Below are positions 51,995 through 64,000 of a stretch of 64,000 nt of DNA, piece after piece (position 1 is the first letter of the stretch; every line of letters starts with the position of its first letter). The position numbers were made by a program, and so were the translations under genes. The DNA lies in the NCBI GenBank assembly GCA_964506075.1, contig CAZDKO010000004.1, positions 134 through 64,133 on the forward strand. Direction: 5' to 3'. The notes beneath the pieces were generated by a model. That model saw only the letters and a program-made list of their open reading frames with translations. It was not told where the DNA came from and did not search any database. Source of the stretch: an uncultured bacterium. Its GTDB lineage: Bacteria > CAZDME01 > JAYEMH01.

Positions 51995-52888
51995 CTAACA
52001 GATTTTTTTAAGACAGGTAACGTTAACCCCGACTGCCAGAGGACTATTTTTGAAAATTTCTGATTCATAAAAAGCTATAGTCGCCAGTGGTTTATTAATG
52101 GCTACCCAGCAATCCTTCAATCCTCCTAAAAACAGGCGGATGATTTTGGGTTGACTGTTATTCTTTATAGATGTCTGACGGTCCCGGCAGGAATCCATTG
52201 TTTCTTTCCCGAAAAAAAACAAAATAAAATCTTTGACCACGTATAAGGAAAAATACGTTAAAACCTGTCCAAAAGCGTGCTTGCTGTATCTTTTCCTGTT
52301 TATTTTGAAACCAGCTTTTTCCAAAAGATTAAATAATTCTTTAGATGATAATTTCTGGATGTGCCCGACGTGTTTTCGGGTCAATCTGTTTGCTCCCACC
52401 CAGAAAAATGGAGTATACCAGTTACCTTCGCAGGGAACGTAAGCGTGAAATGTTCCGCCCGGCTTCAAAACGCGGAATATCTCGTTTAAAACAACGAGTA
52501 CATCATTTACGTGTTCCAACACGTCAATGACAACGACTATGTCAAAACTATCGTTGTCATAAGGCAGTTTTTCGGCGGCGGATACTTTATATTCAACTTT
52601 TCCCCCGGATTTTTTCTCGGCATTAGCGATATAAAGATTGCTTAAATCGCAGCCATAGCAGTCAAGCTCTCCTCTGGCTGATTTAACCGCCTGGATAAAC
52701 CCGCCGCTTCCACACCCTACTTCCAGAACTTTTCCCTTCCTGACTTTACTGATGCCTTCCAGGAAACGTAAGAGCCTCGTCCGAGCCAGGGTTTTAGTAC
52801 CGAAGGCAGCTTCGGGAGTACCCATTTCATATTTCTCATAATCGTAATAGTCGTCCCGCTTAATATCATTCATAATTAAAGTATCCAT
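51995..52888 (-). CDS. Class I SAM-dependent methyltransferase
   Basis: 297 aa. VLEVGCGSGGF (motif I), DIVVVIDVLEHV, LKPGGTF. Confidence 0.8.
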   Translation of the reverse strand: MDTLIMNDIKRDDYYDYEKYEMGTPEAAFGTKTLARTRLLRFLEGISKVRKGKVLEVGCGSGGFIQAVKSARGELDCYGCDLSNLYIANAEKKSGGKVEYKVSAAEKLPYDNDSFDIVVVIDVLEHVNDVLVVLNEIFRVLKPGGTFHAYVPCEGNWYTPFFWVGANRLTRKHVGHIQKLSSKELFNLLEKAGFKINRKRYSKHAFGQVLTYFSLYVVKDFILFFFGKETMDSCRDRQTSIKNNSQPKIIRLFLGGLKDCWVAINKPLATIAFYESEIFKNSPLAVGVNVTCLKKIC

Positions 52889-55764
52889 TATTTCCTTTTC
52901 CGTCTATTGATTATAAAACATCCCAGACAAAAAACGAAGGCTAAAAAAGCGATAATAAATCCAGTTTCAAATAACCTTTGCGGAAAATATTCAATAAGCA
53001 CCTGAAAATTTTCTGTCCCTTTCATATCCCCAGGTAATTCAACCCACCAGGCGTTAGCAAAACCGTTAACCTGGAGATGTTTTTCTAACGCCTTAATTTT
53101 CCCCCTGTTTTTCCAAGCATTTATCAGCGCTGAAGAATATCGCCGGACTTCATTTACAGGTTTTTTTTCATCCGGCTTTTTAATAAAAGCTTTCCAATCC
53201 GGGTGGTAACGTTCGTTAAATACTAATATAAAAGGGGTTTCGGATTCTACATTAACGATAAATCTGGTCGGATTTATCTTCTTGTATTGCACTTCAGGTT
53301 TTTTTTCCGCCCCGTTTATTTTAAGTTTCTTCTCCAGACGGTATATTTTCTCCGGACTCCTGGTTAAGACAACTTCGTTTTCGGCCTGATGGTTTATCTG
53401 GATAATGGCTCTTTGATTGGTCGGTATAATTAAAGGATATAATATAGAAGTGGAACTCATTTTGGCCCGGCCGGTATCCCACCAGACGTCAATGATATCG
53501 GCGGCCGGTTCACCGTCGGTATAAATACCCCCTATTTCTAAAGGTTTCTCTCCAGTTTTTATGTAAACTAAAGTTGAGTTGTATGCTCCGTGGTCTCCCG
53601 AACTTCCTTCCGGAAAACCGTAAGGACATTCTGACACCGAATTAAAAACAAACATATCCGGCTCACCCTTACCGTTACAGTTTATCACTCCTTTTGAACC
53701 GGCGTAAGCCCTGGCTTGATAAGTCGGAGCTGAAGTTATATTTTTCCAGTCAAACTGGTTTTCCCAACCGTCACTGACAGAAATGCAAATTTTTAACTCC
53801 GGCATGGATATTCTTTCGGTAATGATCCCGGAGATAAAGTCACCGGATATCTTTTTATCTTCAGGAAATAAATAGGCAGCTTGGGTATTAAAATCTTTAT
53901 CCGAAACCATAGTCGCCAGATAATTCAGGCTGCCGTCAACATCAATAACATCTTCCGTTGCATATATGTGTGGCGAATTAGCGCTGTTTCTGTAGAAATC
54001 CCATCTACCGAAACTTTTTTCTAAAGAGATACCTTCCTGTTTAGCAATTCTTTCTCTGACGAATTCCGGGGAATCAGTATCCCCGGCCCAGTCATATAGA
54101 AAGTCGTTTCTATGTAAGACATAACGAATATTCAACAAAGAAAGGATCCTGGAAACGTGAGGTGTGGTTTTATTGTAAAGGGCGGAAATAAAAGCCTGAT
54201 ATACTTTATCGATTGAATGAGGTGGTGACATTCCTTCTCCGTATTGCCTGAAAATTAAACCTTTATCAAAAATTCTCCAGGTAATATCATAAGCTGCTCC
54301 ATATCCCCACTCATAGGCATTGGCTTTGTCATCAGGCAAAAGAACGATGTTAAATTCATCATCAATATCATTAATCCAATCTGTGGCCTGAAACAGGTAA
54401 TCCGGGTATTTTTGATGAAAGCCCGGTAAAGTCTTTCGTTCTTCGGTTGTAGGAAGCATCTTCCCCAGAATAAAAGCGTAATTATAAACTAAGGTCAGAA
54501 CGATAATACAAACAACACAAAAAACGGAAATATTTTTTTTGTTCCGCTGATAAAAATATTCATAAATTTCTCCGCAGGTTATAGCGGCTAAGAACGAATA
54601 ACCCAGAATTATAAATAAACCGAATTTCTGCCACGGGGCACGATATACCCAGAATCCGGGTATGTGTTTAAATAACCAAAGGAAAACATTTCCCAAAGGA
54701 GGATGGATACCTTTTCCGATAAAAACAGCCAGAAGAGTTAAAATACCGAAAAATATGATATAACGGTTTCGGGATAAAAATATGGCGGAAAAAGCTAAAA
54801 TTGGAAATATAAAACTAAGAACAATAAGGATTCCGTTATGTTGATAATTCGGGAAAAAAGGCATGTAGGGTTCGCCTTTGAAACCGTCGAACCAGACAGC
54901 ATCACCATACATCCTTATTACGTTTAAAAAGCTGTTATATCGGCTGGTAGATTCCAGAAGCTCAGCCAGATTAAAAACTTTAAAACCTTCCTCTGTAGAA
55001 AGATAGCCGGATTTGATTACATAGTTTCCTATGGGTAAAATCCAGTACAGGTTAATTAAAATAAACACTGTGGCTATAATCCCCACTATCTTGAAATCTC
55101 TGGCAATTTCTTTCGTCCCTTTTCTTTTATTAATTAAATATAAGAAATGGCATAAAGCAACACTAGCTATACTTATAGGCAATATCCCTATAACTGCCAT
55201 ATTACTGGCTAACCCGGAACCCAACCAAGAAAAAATAGCTGTATAACCGGCCACAGATCTAATAGAAATTTCTCTTTCGAAAGCCCTTATTAAAACACCT
55301 AATAACAGTGGGATAACTATTGCCCCGGATAATTCACCGCTGCGGGCTATCATCCAGATATGCAGCTGGTAAAAATTAACCATATAAAAGAGTACGGCAA
55401 AAAGACGGATAACCCTTGACTTTAAATCGTCACCTTTAATCAAAGAGGATATAAAATAATACATTGCCAGACCACTAATCGAATACCAGAGAACAAAATA
55501 AATCCTCTGGACAACTCCCAGGGGGAAACCCATGGCTTTAAATAAAGCCTGCGTGGCGGTAAAGGTGTAAAGACCGGATAACATTGCAGAATAATCCGAA
55601 CCGCCTAAAAGAAGATTCCAGGTAAAAGTTCTAAGAAAGAACTGTTTAACCGGAAAGAGGGGCATATCAAAATCTACCCCGCCAATTAGAAAACCCCTCT
55701 TAAACCATAAAAGAGGGATTAAACCTAAAATAAATACGGCTATTAAACCCCACTTTTTCTTCAT
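52888..55764 (-). CDS. Polytopic membrane protein, AftD/DUF3367-like GT-C candidate (shorter paralogue)
   Basis: 958 aa. Collinear with 48027-51980 over the TM region (FLIGGVDFDMPLFP, YQLHIWMIARSGELSG, PGFWVYRAPWQKFGL), through the RNDF.Y.W.GD.DSP.F region, and at the C-terminal TM. Confidence 0.55.
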   Translation of the reverse strand: MKKKWGLIAVFILGLIPLLWFKRGFLIGGVDFDMPLFPVKQFFLRTFTWNLLLGGSDYSAMLSGLYTFTATQALFKAMGFPLGVVQRIYFVLWYSISGLAMYYFISSLIKGDDLKSRVIRLFAVLFYMVNFYQLHIWMIARSGELSGAIVIPLLLGVLIRAFEREISIRSVAGYTAIFSWLGSGLASNMAVIGILPISIASVALCHFLYLINKRKGTKEIARDFKIVGIIATVFILINLYWILPIGNYVIKSGYLSTEEGFKVFNLAELLESTSRYNSFLNVIRMYGDAVWFDGFKGEPYMPFFPNYQHNGILIVLSFIFPILAFSAIFLSRNRYIIFFGILTLLAVFIGKGIHPPLGNVFLWLFKHIPGFWVYRAPWQKFGLFIILGYSFLAAITCGEIYEYFYQRNKKNISVFCVVCIIVLTLVYNYAFILGKMLPTTEERKTLPGFHQKYPDYLFQATDWINDIDDEFNIVLLPDDKANAYEWGYGAAYDITWRIFDKGLIFRQYGEGMSPPHSIDKVYQAFISALYNKTTPHVSRILSLLNIRYVLHRNDFLYDWAGDTDSPEFVRERIAKQEGISLEKSFGRWDFYRNSANSPHIYATEDVIDVDGSLNYLATMVSDKDFNTQAAYLFPEDKKISGDFISGIITERISMPELKICISVSDGWENQFDWKNITSAPTYQARAYAGSKGVINCNGKGEPDMFVFNSVSECPYGFPEGSSGDHGAYNSTLVYIKTGEKPLEIGGIYTDGEPAADIIDVWWDTGRAKMSSTSILYPLIIPTNQRAIIQINHQAENEVVLTRSPEKIYRLEKKLKINGAEKKPEVQYKKINPTRFIVNVESETPFILVFNERYHPDWKAFIKKPDEKKPVNEVRRYSSALINAWKNRGKIKALEKHLQVNGFANAWWVELPGDMKGTENFQVLIEYFPQRLFETGFIIAFLAFVFCLGCFIINRRKRK

Positions 55765-56732
55765 TGTCCGTCCTGACTAAAATAACCTGATTTTTTAAAA
55801 ACATTCATTAATAAATCCGTCACCTTCCCGGAAGTAAAACTTTCGGCGTTAAGCCCTTCCACTACTCCGACCCTGGGTTTTCTCTCATCCAAGGTATTTT
55901 TAATATGGCATAATAAAACCAGAGGGACGTTAACGGCGCTGGCAAGATAAGCTACGGCCGAGTCGATGGTAACCGCAGCTTTACATTTTTTAAGTAGTGC
56001 GGCGGTACTTAAAATTCCCATTTCTTTTTCTCCGTTTCTGTAAGAACTGAAAACATAGCCTTCGTCCAAAGACTCGGTCTCCAGCGTCTGCTGGAGCTGA
56101 TATGATTTCCGGTCATGGAAAAGTATAAATTTAAAGCCGAATCTCTTGTGCAATTCTTCGGTAAAGGGTTTTACTTCCTTTAACCACCAGGTGCGCGGTC
56201 CAGCGTTACTGGGCATAGTATGCAGAGCAATTAAATCGGTATTCTCTAAATTATGCCGTTTAAGAAAAGATAAAGCTTCTTTTTCATGCTGTTCTTGAGG
56301 GAAAACGTCATAATTAAAATCTTCCAACTTGACTTTTAGCTCGTAGGCAATCCGGTCGATCCGGTGTCCAGGTAAAAAGGGAATTTTCTTTTCGATAAAT
56401 TCCGGCAGGTACTGCTGATGGATAATGAATATTTTATCTGCTTTAATCTCTCTGGCTAATTCCTGTGCCTCTTTTTTTATCAAAGGATAATCTTTAAGAT
56501 AAAATATAACCGGGTTCCAGAATTGAGGGTGAAAGGTAAACTTTGAAGCGAAAACCTTGGTAACGTACACGTTGGTTGACCATAAATCTTTGATGGCACC
56601 ATACTCACCCGTGACTAAAAGATATATTTCGGTTTCGGGCTGACTTTTTTTAAGTGCCCTCACTGAAGGCGTCATCATAATATTATCTCCGATACCGTGA
56701 TGATTAACGATAAGAATTTTATTTTTTCCCAT
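55761..56732 (-). CDS. Glycosyltransferase family 9 (heptosyltransferase-like)
   Basis: 323 aa. KILIVNHHGIGDNIMMTPSVRALKK N-terminal motif, and C-terminal AAVTIDSAVAYLASAVNVPLVLL. Confidence 0.7.
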   Translation of the reverse strand: MGKNKILIVNHHGIGDNIMMTPSVRALKKSQPETEIYLLVTGEYGAIKDLWSTNVYVTKVFASKFTFHPQFWNPVIFYLKDYPLIKKEAQELAREIKADKIFIIHQQYLPEFIEKKIPFLPGHRIDRIAYELKVKLEDFNYDVFPQEQHEKEALSFLKRHNLENTDLIALHTMPSNAGPRTWWLKEVKPFTEELHKRFGFKFILFHDRKSYQLQQTLETESLDEGYVFSSYRNGEKEMGILSTAALLKKCKAAVTIDSAVAYLASAVNVPLVLLCHIKNTLDERKPRVGVVEGLNAESFTSGKVTDLLMNVFKKSGYFSQDGQ

Positions 56733-57648
56733 TTTTTCTCAAAAGAACGTTTAAGGCAACGCCCGTTTTTTCGTGTCTGAGACTAAAATCTCTGTTTTCT
56801 ATTTTCCACCAGAGCTTCTCTCCGAACCTACCCATAAGTTCCTTATTGAAAATCATCTGTAATAATTTAGGAAGTTTACCGGTACAGTAAATGTCTTCGG
56901 TCCTGAATCTATCGCGGCCAAAAAGTTTTATTAAGTCTTCCTCTGAGTAATGACGGAGATGTCCTATCTGTTTATCGTGTATCTTGTAGGGAAAGCGGAG
57001 CAGCGGAGACATCCTGGCAAAATCGTTGGGGACGTTAACGAAAAGCCTGCCTCCTGGTTTAAGAACTCTAAAAACTTCGGTGGCCGCCTGCTTATCATTG
57101 ACAATATGCTCTAAGACGGCAATAGAACTGAGTCTGGAAAACGTCTCGTCTTTAAAAGGCAGGTTCTCCGCATAGCATAAAACGAAAAAGGTAAGATGTT
57201 CGACCTTCTGGAGACGGGCAAAATGCCTGGCTTTCTTCATAGCCACCAGAGAAGAGTCTGTCCCGATGGAAAATAAACCTTTCTTAGCCGCTTCGATAAC
57301 CGTGTAACCGGAACCGCCTACGCCGATGTCAAGATAGAATTCACCGCGGCAATCCGGCATTTTTCCGATATTAAGAGCCTCGAATATTCTTTTTATATAG
57401 CTCCGTCTCCAGGCAAGCAGCTCATAATCCGTAAATTTACTAAAATGTTCGTCAAAATATTTTTCCTGATGGTCATGTTGTTTTCTCTCCTCCGGATTTT
57501 CCGCCATCATCACCGGGATACCGTCAATAACCGGATAACGACCGACACATCCCCGGCAAACTAGAAATTCATTATTATACTCAACTTCGGCTTTACACTT
57601 CGGACAGATTAAAACATTAAAAAATTTATCAATATTTAAACGATTCAT
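56719..57648 (-). CDS. Trm112-like zinc-ribbon + class I SAM methyltransferase fusion
   Basis: 309 aa. CPKCKAEVEY...CRGCVGRYPVIDGIPVMM, then YLDIGVGGSGY and LKPGGRLFV. Confidence 0.75.
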   Translation of the reverse strand: MNRLNIDKFFNVLICPKCKAEVEYNNEFLVCRGCVGRYPVIDGIPVMMAENPEERKQHDHQEKYFDEHFSKFTDYELLAWRRSYIKRIFEALNIGKMPDCRGEFYLDIGVGGSGYTVIEAAKKGLFSIGTDSSLVAMKKARHFARLQKVEHLTFFVLCYAENLPFKDETFSRLSSIAVLEHIVNDKQAATEVFRVLKPGGRLFVNVPNDFARMSPLLRFPYKIHDKQIGHLRHYSEEDLIKLFGRDRFRTEDIYCTGKLPKLLQMIFNKELMGRFGEKLWWKIENRDFSLRHEKTGVALNVLLRKNGKK

Positions 57649-57649
57649 T

Positions 57650-59164
57650 CTAATCCTTTTTCGGATTTACTTTTGCCTTTTTCTTTAAAAAATACCATAT
57701 CACTTTTTTAAAAGGGTCCAACTGCATGAAACTGGTGCCGGTTCTCATATTTAACATCAGTTTTATACCCGGCATTAAAATTAAAGGGAGTTTATTAAAA
57801 TGCCTGTATAAAGACGTATTTATAAGGAAATTAACAAACCCTTTAGGCATTAAAGGTATAGAAGTAAAAAACAAAGCATACCTTTCAAAGTTATTTGTTT
57901 TCTTCGTCTTTTTGTAATAAGTAGTATATACGGGAAATTCGCCTTTATCAATTTTGTTTTTATCATCTTCTTTTAGTATTCCTGCTTTAATAGCCAGATC
58001 CACAATTTCGGTTTGGGGTGAATAGATTAAACTGTAAGTATCTATTATTTTAGGGCGAGCCTCATTATAAAGCCTGACAGCCGCTTCTATCTCTGAATCG
58101 GTTTCATAGGGAAAATTAAAAATATGGTTAAAAGAAAAATTAAGTTTCGCCTGCCGGCAAATTTTAGAAAAATTTATAATATCGCTGTTTGATTCATATC
58201 GGTTAAGGAAAGCCTTCCGAAAGTTTTCGGAGCCGGATTGAATACCCACCATAACCAGCCGGCAATTGGCTGCTTTTAAGGCATAAGCCTGCTCTTGAGA
58301 AATAGTCTTAAGATGAGTAATACATAAGAAAGGGACGTTGATTTTTTCCCGGTATTCATCTAAAAAAGAATCCAGCCATTTTGAATTCATCGTAAAAACA
58401 TCGTCATTGAAAATTAACGCTTTTATTTTATATTTTTCTTTAATAAATTCCAGTTCGGCGATAACGTTTCCGACACTTCTTTGCCTGATATACTTGGTAT
58501 TTCCGGAACCGGAACAGAAAACTTTTCTTAAAGCGGCATTGGCACAGTAGGTGCAATTAAAAGGACAACCTCTACTGGCGATAATAACCGGATAACGTTT
58601 GTAGAAAGAGGGCATCTTATCGTAAAAAAGGTCATAGTCAGGGAAGGGTATATCATCCAGGTTTAACCCTAAAGATTTGAGCTCATTTTTAATTATTTTA
58701 CCATTATTTTTGTACCATAGATTAGGCACATTAAGCTCTTTCGCCTTTTTATCTATATAATCAGCCAGCAGTAAAATGGACTCTTCAGCCTCACCGATAC
58801 AAATCATATCGATGGACTCTTCATCGATGACGATATCAGGCACCAGAGTAGGATGAGGACCTCCGAAAATTACCGGTTTATCCGGATACTTTTTCTTAAG
58901 AATCCGGGATAAATTAAGCGCCCACTGATAATCCGCCGTCATCACCGAAAAACAAAATATATCGGTATCTTCATCGACTTCGTCTAAAAGGTCTACTTTT
59001 TTTGTATCAATGGAACCCGGTGATAAAATACTTTTAAAAAATTTATTATCAAACGGGTTAAGGTCGAAAATTAAATCAACCTCATGCTCGGCGGTCTTAA
59101 GAACCCGGGAAAGATAGGCTACACCGGTACTAAAAGTTTCCCGGTAAAAAAAAGTAGCTTTCAT
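57650..59164 (-). CDS. B12-binding-domain radical SAM enzyme (class B), paralogous type to 13358-14821
   Basis: 504 aa. N-terminal B12-binding-like domain (VIFGGPHPT) and SRGCPFNCTYC. Confidence 0.75.
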   Translation of the reverse strand: MKATFFYRETFSTGVAYLSRVLKTAEHEVDLIFDLNPFDNKFFKSILSPGSIDTKKVDLLDEVDEDTDIFCFSVMTADYQWALNLSRILKKKYPDKPVIFGGPHPTLVPDIVIDEESIDMICIGEAEESILLLADYIDKKAKELNVPNLWYKNNGKIIKNELKSLGLNLDDIPFPDYDLFYDKMPSFYKRYPVIIASRGCPFNCTYCANAALRKVFCSGSGNTKYIRQRSVGNVIAELEFIKEKYKIKALIFNDDVFTMNSKWLDSFLDEYREKINVPFLCITHLKTISQEQAYALKAANCRLVMVGIQSGSENFRKAFLNRYESNSDIINFSKICRQAKLNFSFNHIFNFPYETDSEIEAAVRLYNEARPKIIDTYSLIYSPQTEIVDLAIKAGILKEDDKNKIDKGEFPVYTTYYKKTKKTNNFERYALFFTSIPLMPKGFVNFLINTSLYRHFNKLPLILMPGIKLMLNMRTGTSFMQLDPFKKVIWYFLKKKAKVNPKKD

Positions 59165-59168
59165 TGTC

Positions 59169-59783
59169 TCATTTCAATTCTGCTATCGCGTAGTTATAAG
59201 TTAAAAATTTATCAAAAAGGGGAATGTTTTCCACTACGTCCTCAAACTTATGACATAATTTCCTTATGAATAAATTATTAATCGGATAAACCCGGCATTC
59301 AAAACAGCCGAATTCTGCTTCCGGAAAAATAGTGCTGACAATTCGCTTAAATTTACTCCTGGTGAAATGTTGATGACCAAGCATCAGGGTCATATGTAAA
59401 TAAAATATCGGGTTAAAACGATTGGCTTCAATGATTACTACGGTTCCTCCGCCGGCGGTTACTCTTTTAACTTCCCTTAAAGCTTTCCCGGGGTCATAAG
59501 CATGATGTAAAACATCTTTGACAAAAGTTACATCAAATTCACCGTTATTAAACGGCAGGGCACAGATGTCGGCTTTCTGAAATCCCATTTTACTTTTTTT
59601 AATCTTTGGCCAATTAGAATGTTCATCTATATCAATCCCTATTATCTCCCTGGCATTTTCGGCTAAAAGAACCGTATCCCCGCCGTCTCCGCACCCAGCG
59701 TCTAAAACTTTCTGACTGTTTTTTATTTTTATGCCGATTTTATTCAAAAGAGTCATTCTGTAATCTAATACAGGGTCAATCAT
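59169..59783 (-). CDS. Class I SAM-dependent methyltransferase
   Basis: 204 aa. VLDAGCGDGGDTVLL, IIGIDID, DVTFVKDVLHH, GGGTVVI. Confidence 0.8.
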   Translation of the reverse strand: MIDPVLDYRMTLLNKIGIKIKNSQKVLDAGCGDGGDTVLLAENAREIIGIDIDEHSNWPKIKKSKMGFQKADICALPFNNGEFDVTFVKDVLHHAYDPGKALREVKRVTAGGGTVVIIEANRFNPIFYLHMTLMLGHQHFTRSKFKRIVSTIFPEAEFGCFECRVYPINNLFIRKLCHKFEDVVENIPLFDKFLTYNYAIAELK

Positions 59784-59820
59784 TTTTACCTCGCCTTAAA
59801 TGTTTTTAAACTCTATACCG

Positions 59821-60969
59821 TTAATTTAATCGAGCAAAAGCTTTATTATAGATTTCTTCCCATTTTAACCCGGAAGCATATTTTAAAGCATTCGTTCTGC
59901 ATTTATTGTAAAAGTTAACATCCCTCAGCATCTTAAGAGCCGCGGCTACCAATTGCTCTTTATTGTATTCTACGGCAATGCCCATTTCTAATCTTTCGAT
60001 TTCCTCCGCTATCCAGGGGACTTTTGTGATTATAACCGGTAGACCACAAGCTAAATATATTTTTACTTTAGTAGGGTCGGCATAATAAGTAATATTACTC
60101 TGGTCATCCAGATAAGGAGCCAAAGCTATGCCGCCCTGCCAAAGATTTTTAACGAGTTTCTCTTGAGTCATGTAGCCGGAAAATTTAACCTTATTATTAA
60201 GGCCGTATTTATTTACCAGCTTTCTTAACTCCTCTTCATAAGGACCTGTCCCGATAATTTCCATAGCCACGTTATCTCTATATCTTACAATTTCAGCCAT
60301 AGCTTCTACGGCAAGTTGGCATCCTTTATCGACACTGAGATAACTTACGAATATCAGTCTGTTCGGCGCTATGTTAGAAAAAATATCCGCTTTAATCTCT
60401 TCGACTTCAACACCGACAGGAACAATCATGTTTTTCTCTTTTTTCACTCTCTGTTTTTCTCTTAACGTCGCGATTCTGGATGAAATATTCCAGATACAAT
60501 CCGCATGTCTGGCACAGAATCTATCTAAATAATGATAAAGATAATTAAGCATTACATTCCCGAATCGCCGCGGAGTATAATCAATTACGTAATAAACAAC
60601 CTTTTCTACTACACCTAATTTCCGAAGGACTATTCCGCCAAAAGCATTTATGTTATCTATCCCGATAAAAAATATTTTTTTCTCACGGCGGTACCTGAAA
60701 ACCAAAAAAATGTCAAAAAATAAATCCCGCATAAAAGAAATTAACCTTCTTTTTCTTCTTTTAACTATTTTTTTATTAATTAGGTTACCACGGTCAAAAT
60801 TTTCCAATAAAGTGTCGGTTATCAAACATTCTCTCAAGGGATGCGTTATATACAAAAAACTATATTTCTCATTTTCTAAATAATTTCTTAAGGCCTGAAC
60901 CGGACCGTATATTTCTGTAACGTGAGCGGCAACGACAACCTTAATTTTATCCAGAGGAGGTATGGTCAT
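59821..60969 (-). CDS. Glycosyltransferase family 4-like (tandem paralogue A)
   Basis: 382 aa. GT-B layout. FVSYLSVDKG...EIIGTGPYEEELRKL...VKFSGYM is collinear with 60974-62128. Confidence 0.7.
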   Translation of the reverse strand: MTIPPLDKIKVVVAAHVTEIYGPVQALRNYLENEKYSFLYITHPLRECLITDTLLENFDRGNLINKKIVKRRKRRLISFMRDLFFDIFLVFRYRREKKIFFIGIDNINAFGGIVLRKLGVVEKVVYYVIDYTPRRFGNVMLNYLYHYLDRFCARHADCIWNISSRIATLREKQRVKKEKNMIVPVGVEVEEIKADIFSNIAPNRLIFVSYLSVDKGCQLAVEAMAEIVRYRDNVAMEIIGTGPYEEELRKLVNKYGLNNKVKFSGYMTQEKLVKNLWQGGIALAPYLDDQSNITYYADPTKVKIYLACGLPVIITKVPWIAEEIERLEMGIAVEYNKEQLVAAALKMLRDVNFYNKCRTNALKYASGLKWEEIYNKAFARLN

Positions 60970-60973
60970 AACT

Positions 60974-62128
60974 CTACTCCAAGGCAGCTTTTAAAGCGTT
61001 ATCAAATATCTTAGTCCAGTTATACTTTTCAGAAAATTTTAAGGCATTGTTTCTATAGGTCTTCAGGAGATTATCATTACTCAATAATTTTACTATCGCT
61101 TCAATCAATTCATCTTGATTATAATTAACGGCAAATCCGCATTTATTTTCTTCTATTTCCGCGGCTACCGATGGCACTTTAGTTATTACTACCGGTAAAG
61201 CTGAAGCTAAATACGCTTTGGGTTTCCCGGGGTCGGCATACTTTGTAAAAGTTTTTTCATCATCAACATATGGCGCTACGGCAATAGCACATTTTGAAAG
61301 TTTATTTTGAAGCTCGCCGTGGTCTTCTATGTATCCGGTAAATTTCACTTTATCAGTCAGCCGTAAATCTCTGACCTGTTCTTTAAGCTTCTCTTCAAGA
61401 GGACCGGTACCGATTATTAAAAGCTTTACCTGTGGAATTCTATTAATAATAGCAGGCAGAACGCTGATTAAAAACTCCACCCCCTGTTTTTCTCTTAAAT
61501 GCCCCATAAAAGCAATTTCGTAGCGGTTTATTTCGTCAAACGGAAGCTTTGGCGCTTTAGAATCTGTCCCTATAGGAACTACCACCTGTTTAGAACGGTA
61601 TTTTTTTGAAAGGCCGTTTTCTTCTCTCCCCCTTAACATCTCACCTGACAGATTCCATGTCTGGTCACAATTTTTAACACAACAGGAATCTAACCAATGA
61701 TAAAAATTATTCAGCAGCTTATTCTTAAACCTGACCGGTATGTAATCAATCGTATAAAAAATAATTTTTCTTACTATTCCTAATTTTTTAAGCAGCAATC
61801 CGCTAAAAGCATTTAAACAATCGGCTCCAACGTATAAGTCGGCTTTAAAACCATTTATCAAAATCAGCCATAAAGTTAAAAATGTATCTTTAAAATGAAA
61901 TAATAATCCGGGTAAACCCAGAACCGGATAATTTTTTTCTTTTATTAATTTCCCGCCATGATATTTTTTCAAAAAAGGGTTTTTTACTTCACAATAAGAA
62001 AAAGGCAGCCCCACAAAATTCAGCTCTTTAATTTGCTTATTTACCAGATATTTCTCCAGTTCCTGCGCCGGACCGGTAGCAAATACATGCGAAACGATAA
62101 CAACTTTTAAATCCTTTAATTTCTGCAT
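60974..62128 (-). CDS. Glycosyltransferase family 4-like (tandem paralogue B)
   Basis: 384 aa. FMGHLREKQG...LIIGTGPLEEKLKEQ...VKFTGYI; YADPGKPKAYLASALPVVITKVP matches YADPTKVKIYLACGLPVIITKVP in paralogue A. Confidence 0.7.
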   Translation of the reverse strand: MQKLKDLKVVIVSHVFATGPAQELEKYLVNKQIKELNFVGLPFSYCEVKNPFLKKYHGGKLIKEKNYPVLGLPGLLFHFKDTFLTLWLILINGFKADLYVGADCLNAFSGLLLKKLGIVRKIIFYTIDYIPVRFKNKLLNNFYHWLDSCCVKNCDQTWNLSGEMLRGREENGLSKKYRSKQVVVPIGTDSKAPKLPFDEINRYEIAFMGHLREKQGVEFLISVLPAIINRIPQVKLLIIGTGPLEEKLKEQVRDLRLTDKVKFTGYIEDHGELQNKLSKCAIAVAPYVDDEKTFTKYADPGKPKAYLASALPVVITKVPSVAAEIEENKCGFAVNYNQDELIEAIVKLLSNDNLLKTYRNNALKFSEKYNWTKIFDNALKAALE

Positions 62129-62149
62129 AACGTTTTAATTAGGAATAGT

Positions 62150-63992
<1,843 letters not shown>

Positions 63993-64000
63993 TTAATCCA

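Overview
All credible genes (about 50) lie on the minus strand, mostly with 0-25 bp spacers or overlapping stop/start codons. The left edge holds a short AT-rich module: a SIR2-like protein and a PD-(D/E)XK nuclease that runs off the window. Two small housekeeping-type genes (PEBP/YbhB and a RibD-C reductase) also sit in the window. Everything else is one very large cell-envelope glycan locus. The host looks diderm (OM beta-barrel ending in Phe, TolB-like lipoprotein), probably anaerobic (B12-radical SAM enzymes) and AT-rich; I cannot assign taxonomy. The locus encodes 3 polyprenyl-phosphate GT2 synthases, 5 GT4 and 1 GT9. It has about 11 polytopic GT-C-like membrane proteins: two are fused to discoidin domains and two are AftD/DUF3367-like giants of 958 and 1317 aa. 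Export and envelope components are a Wzm/Wzt ABC exporter with a Wzt carbohydrate-binding tail, 2 UPF0104 flippase-like proteins, an OM barrel and a CE4 deacetylase. Sugar-nucleotide enzymes are Fcl, an SDR epimerase, a DegT aminotransferase, an LbH acetyltransferase and an AsnB-like amidotransferase. There are also 5 SAM methyltransferases, 2 B12-radical SAM enzymes and 1 SPASM radical SAM enzyme. An intact RAYT (IS200-like HUH/Y1 transposase) sits inside the operon with a TAATG stop/start junction. The least expected DNA-level signal is in the spacers longer than 60 bp. Nearly every one is built from tandem degenerate 7-8 nt units arranged as inverted arms (STRR-like), and different loci share 13-22 nt identical cores in both orientations. 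A GC-rich hairpin element from this repertoire occurs 3-4 times, once in frame inside the 1317-aa CDS. No rRNA, tRNA or CRISPR array was seen.
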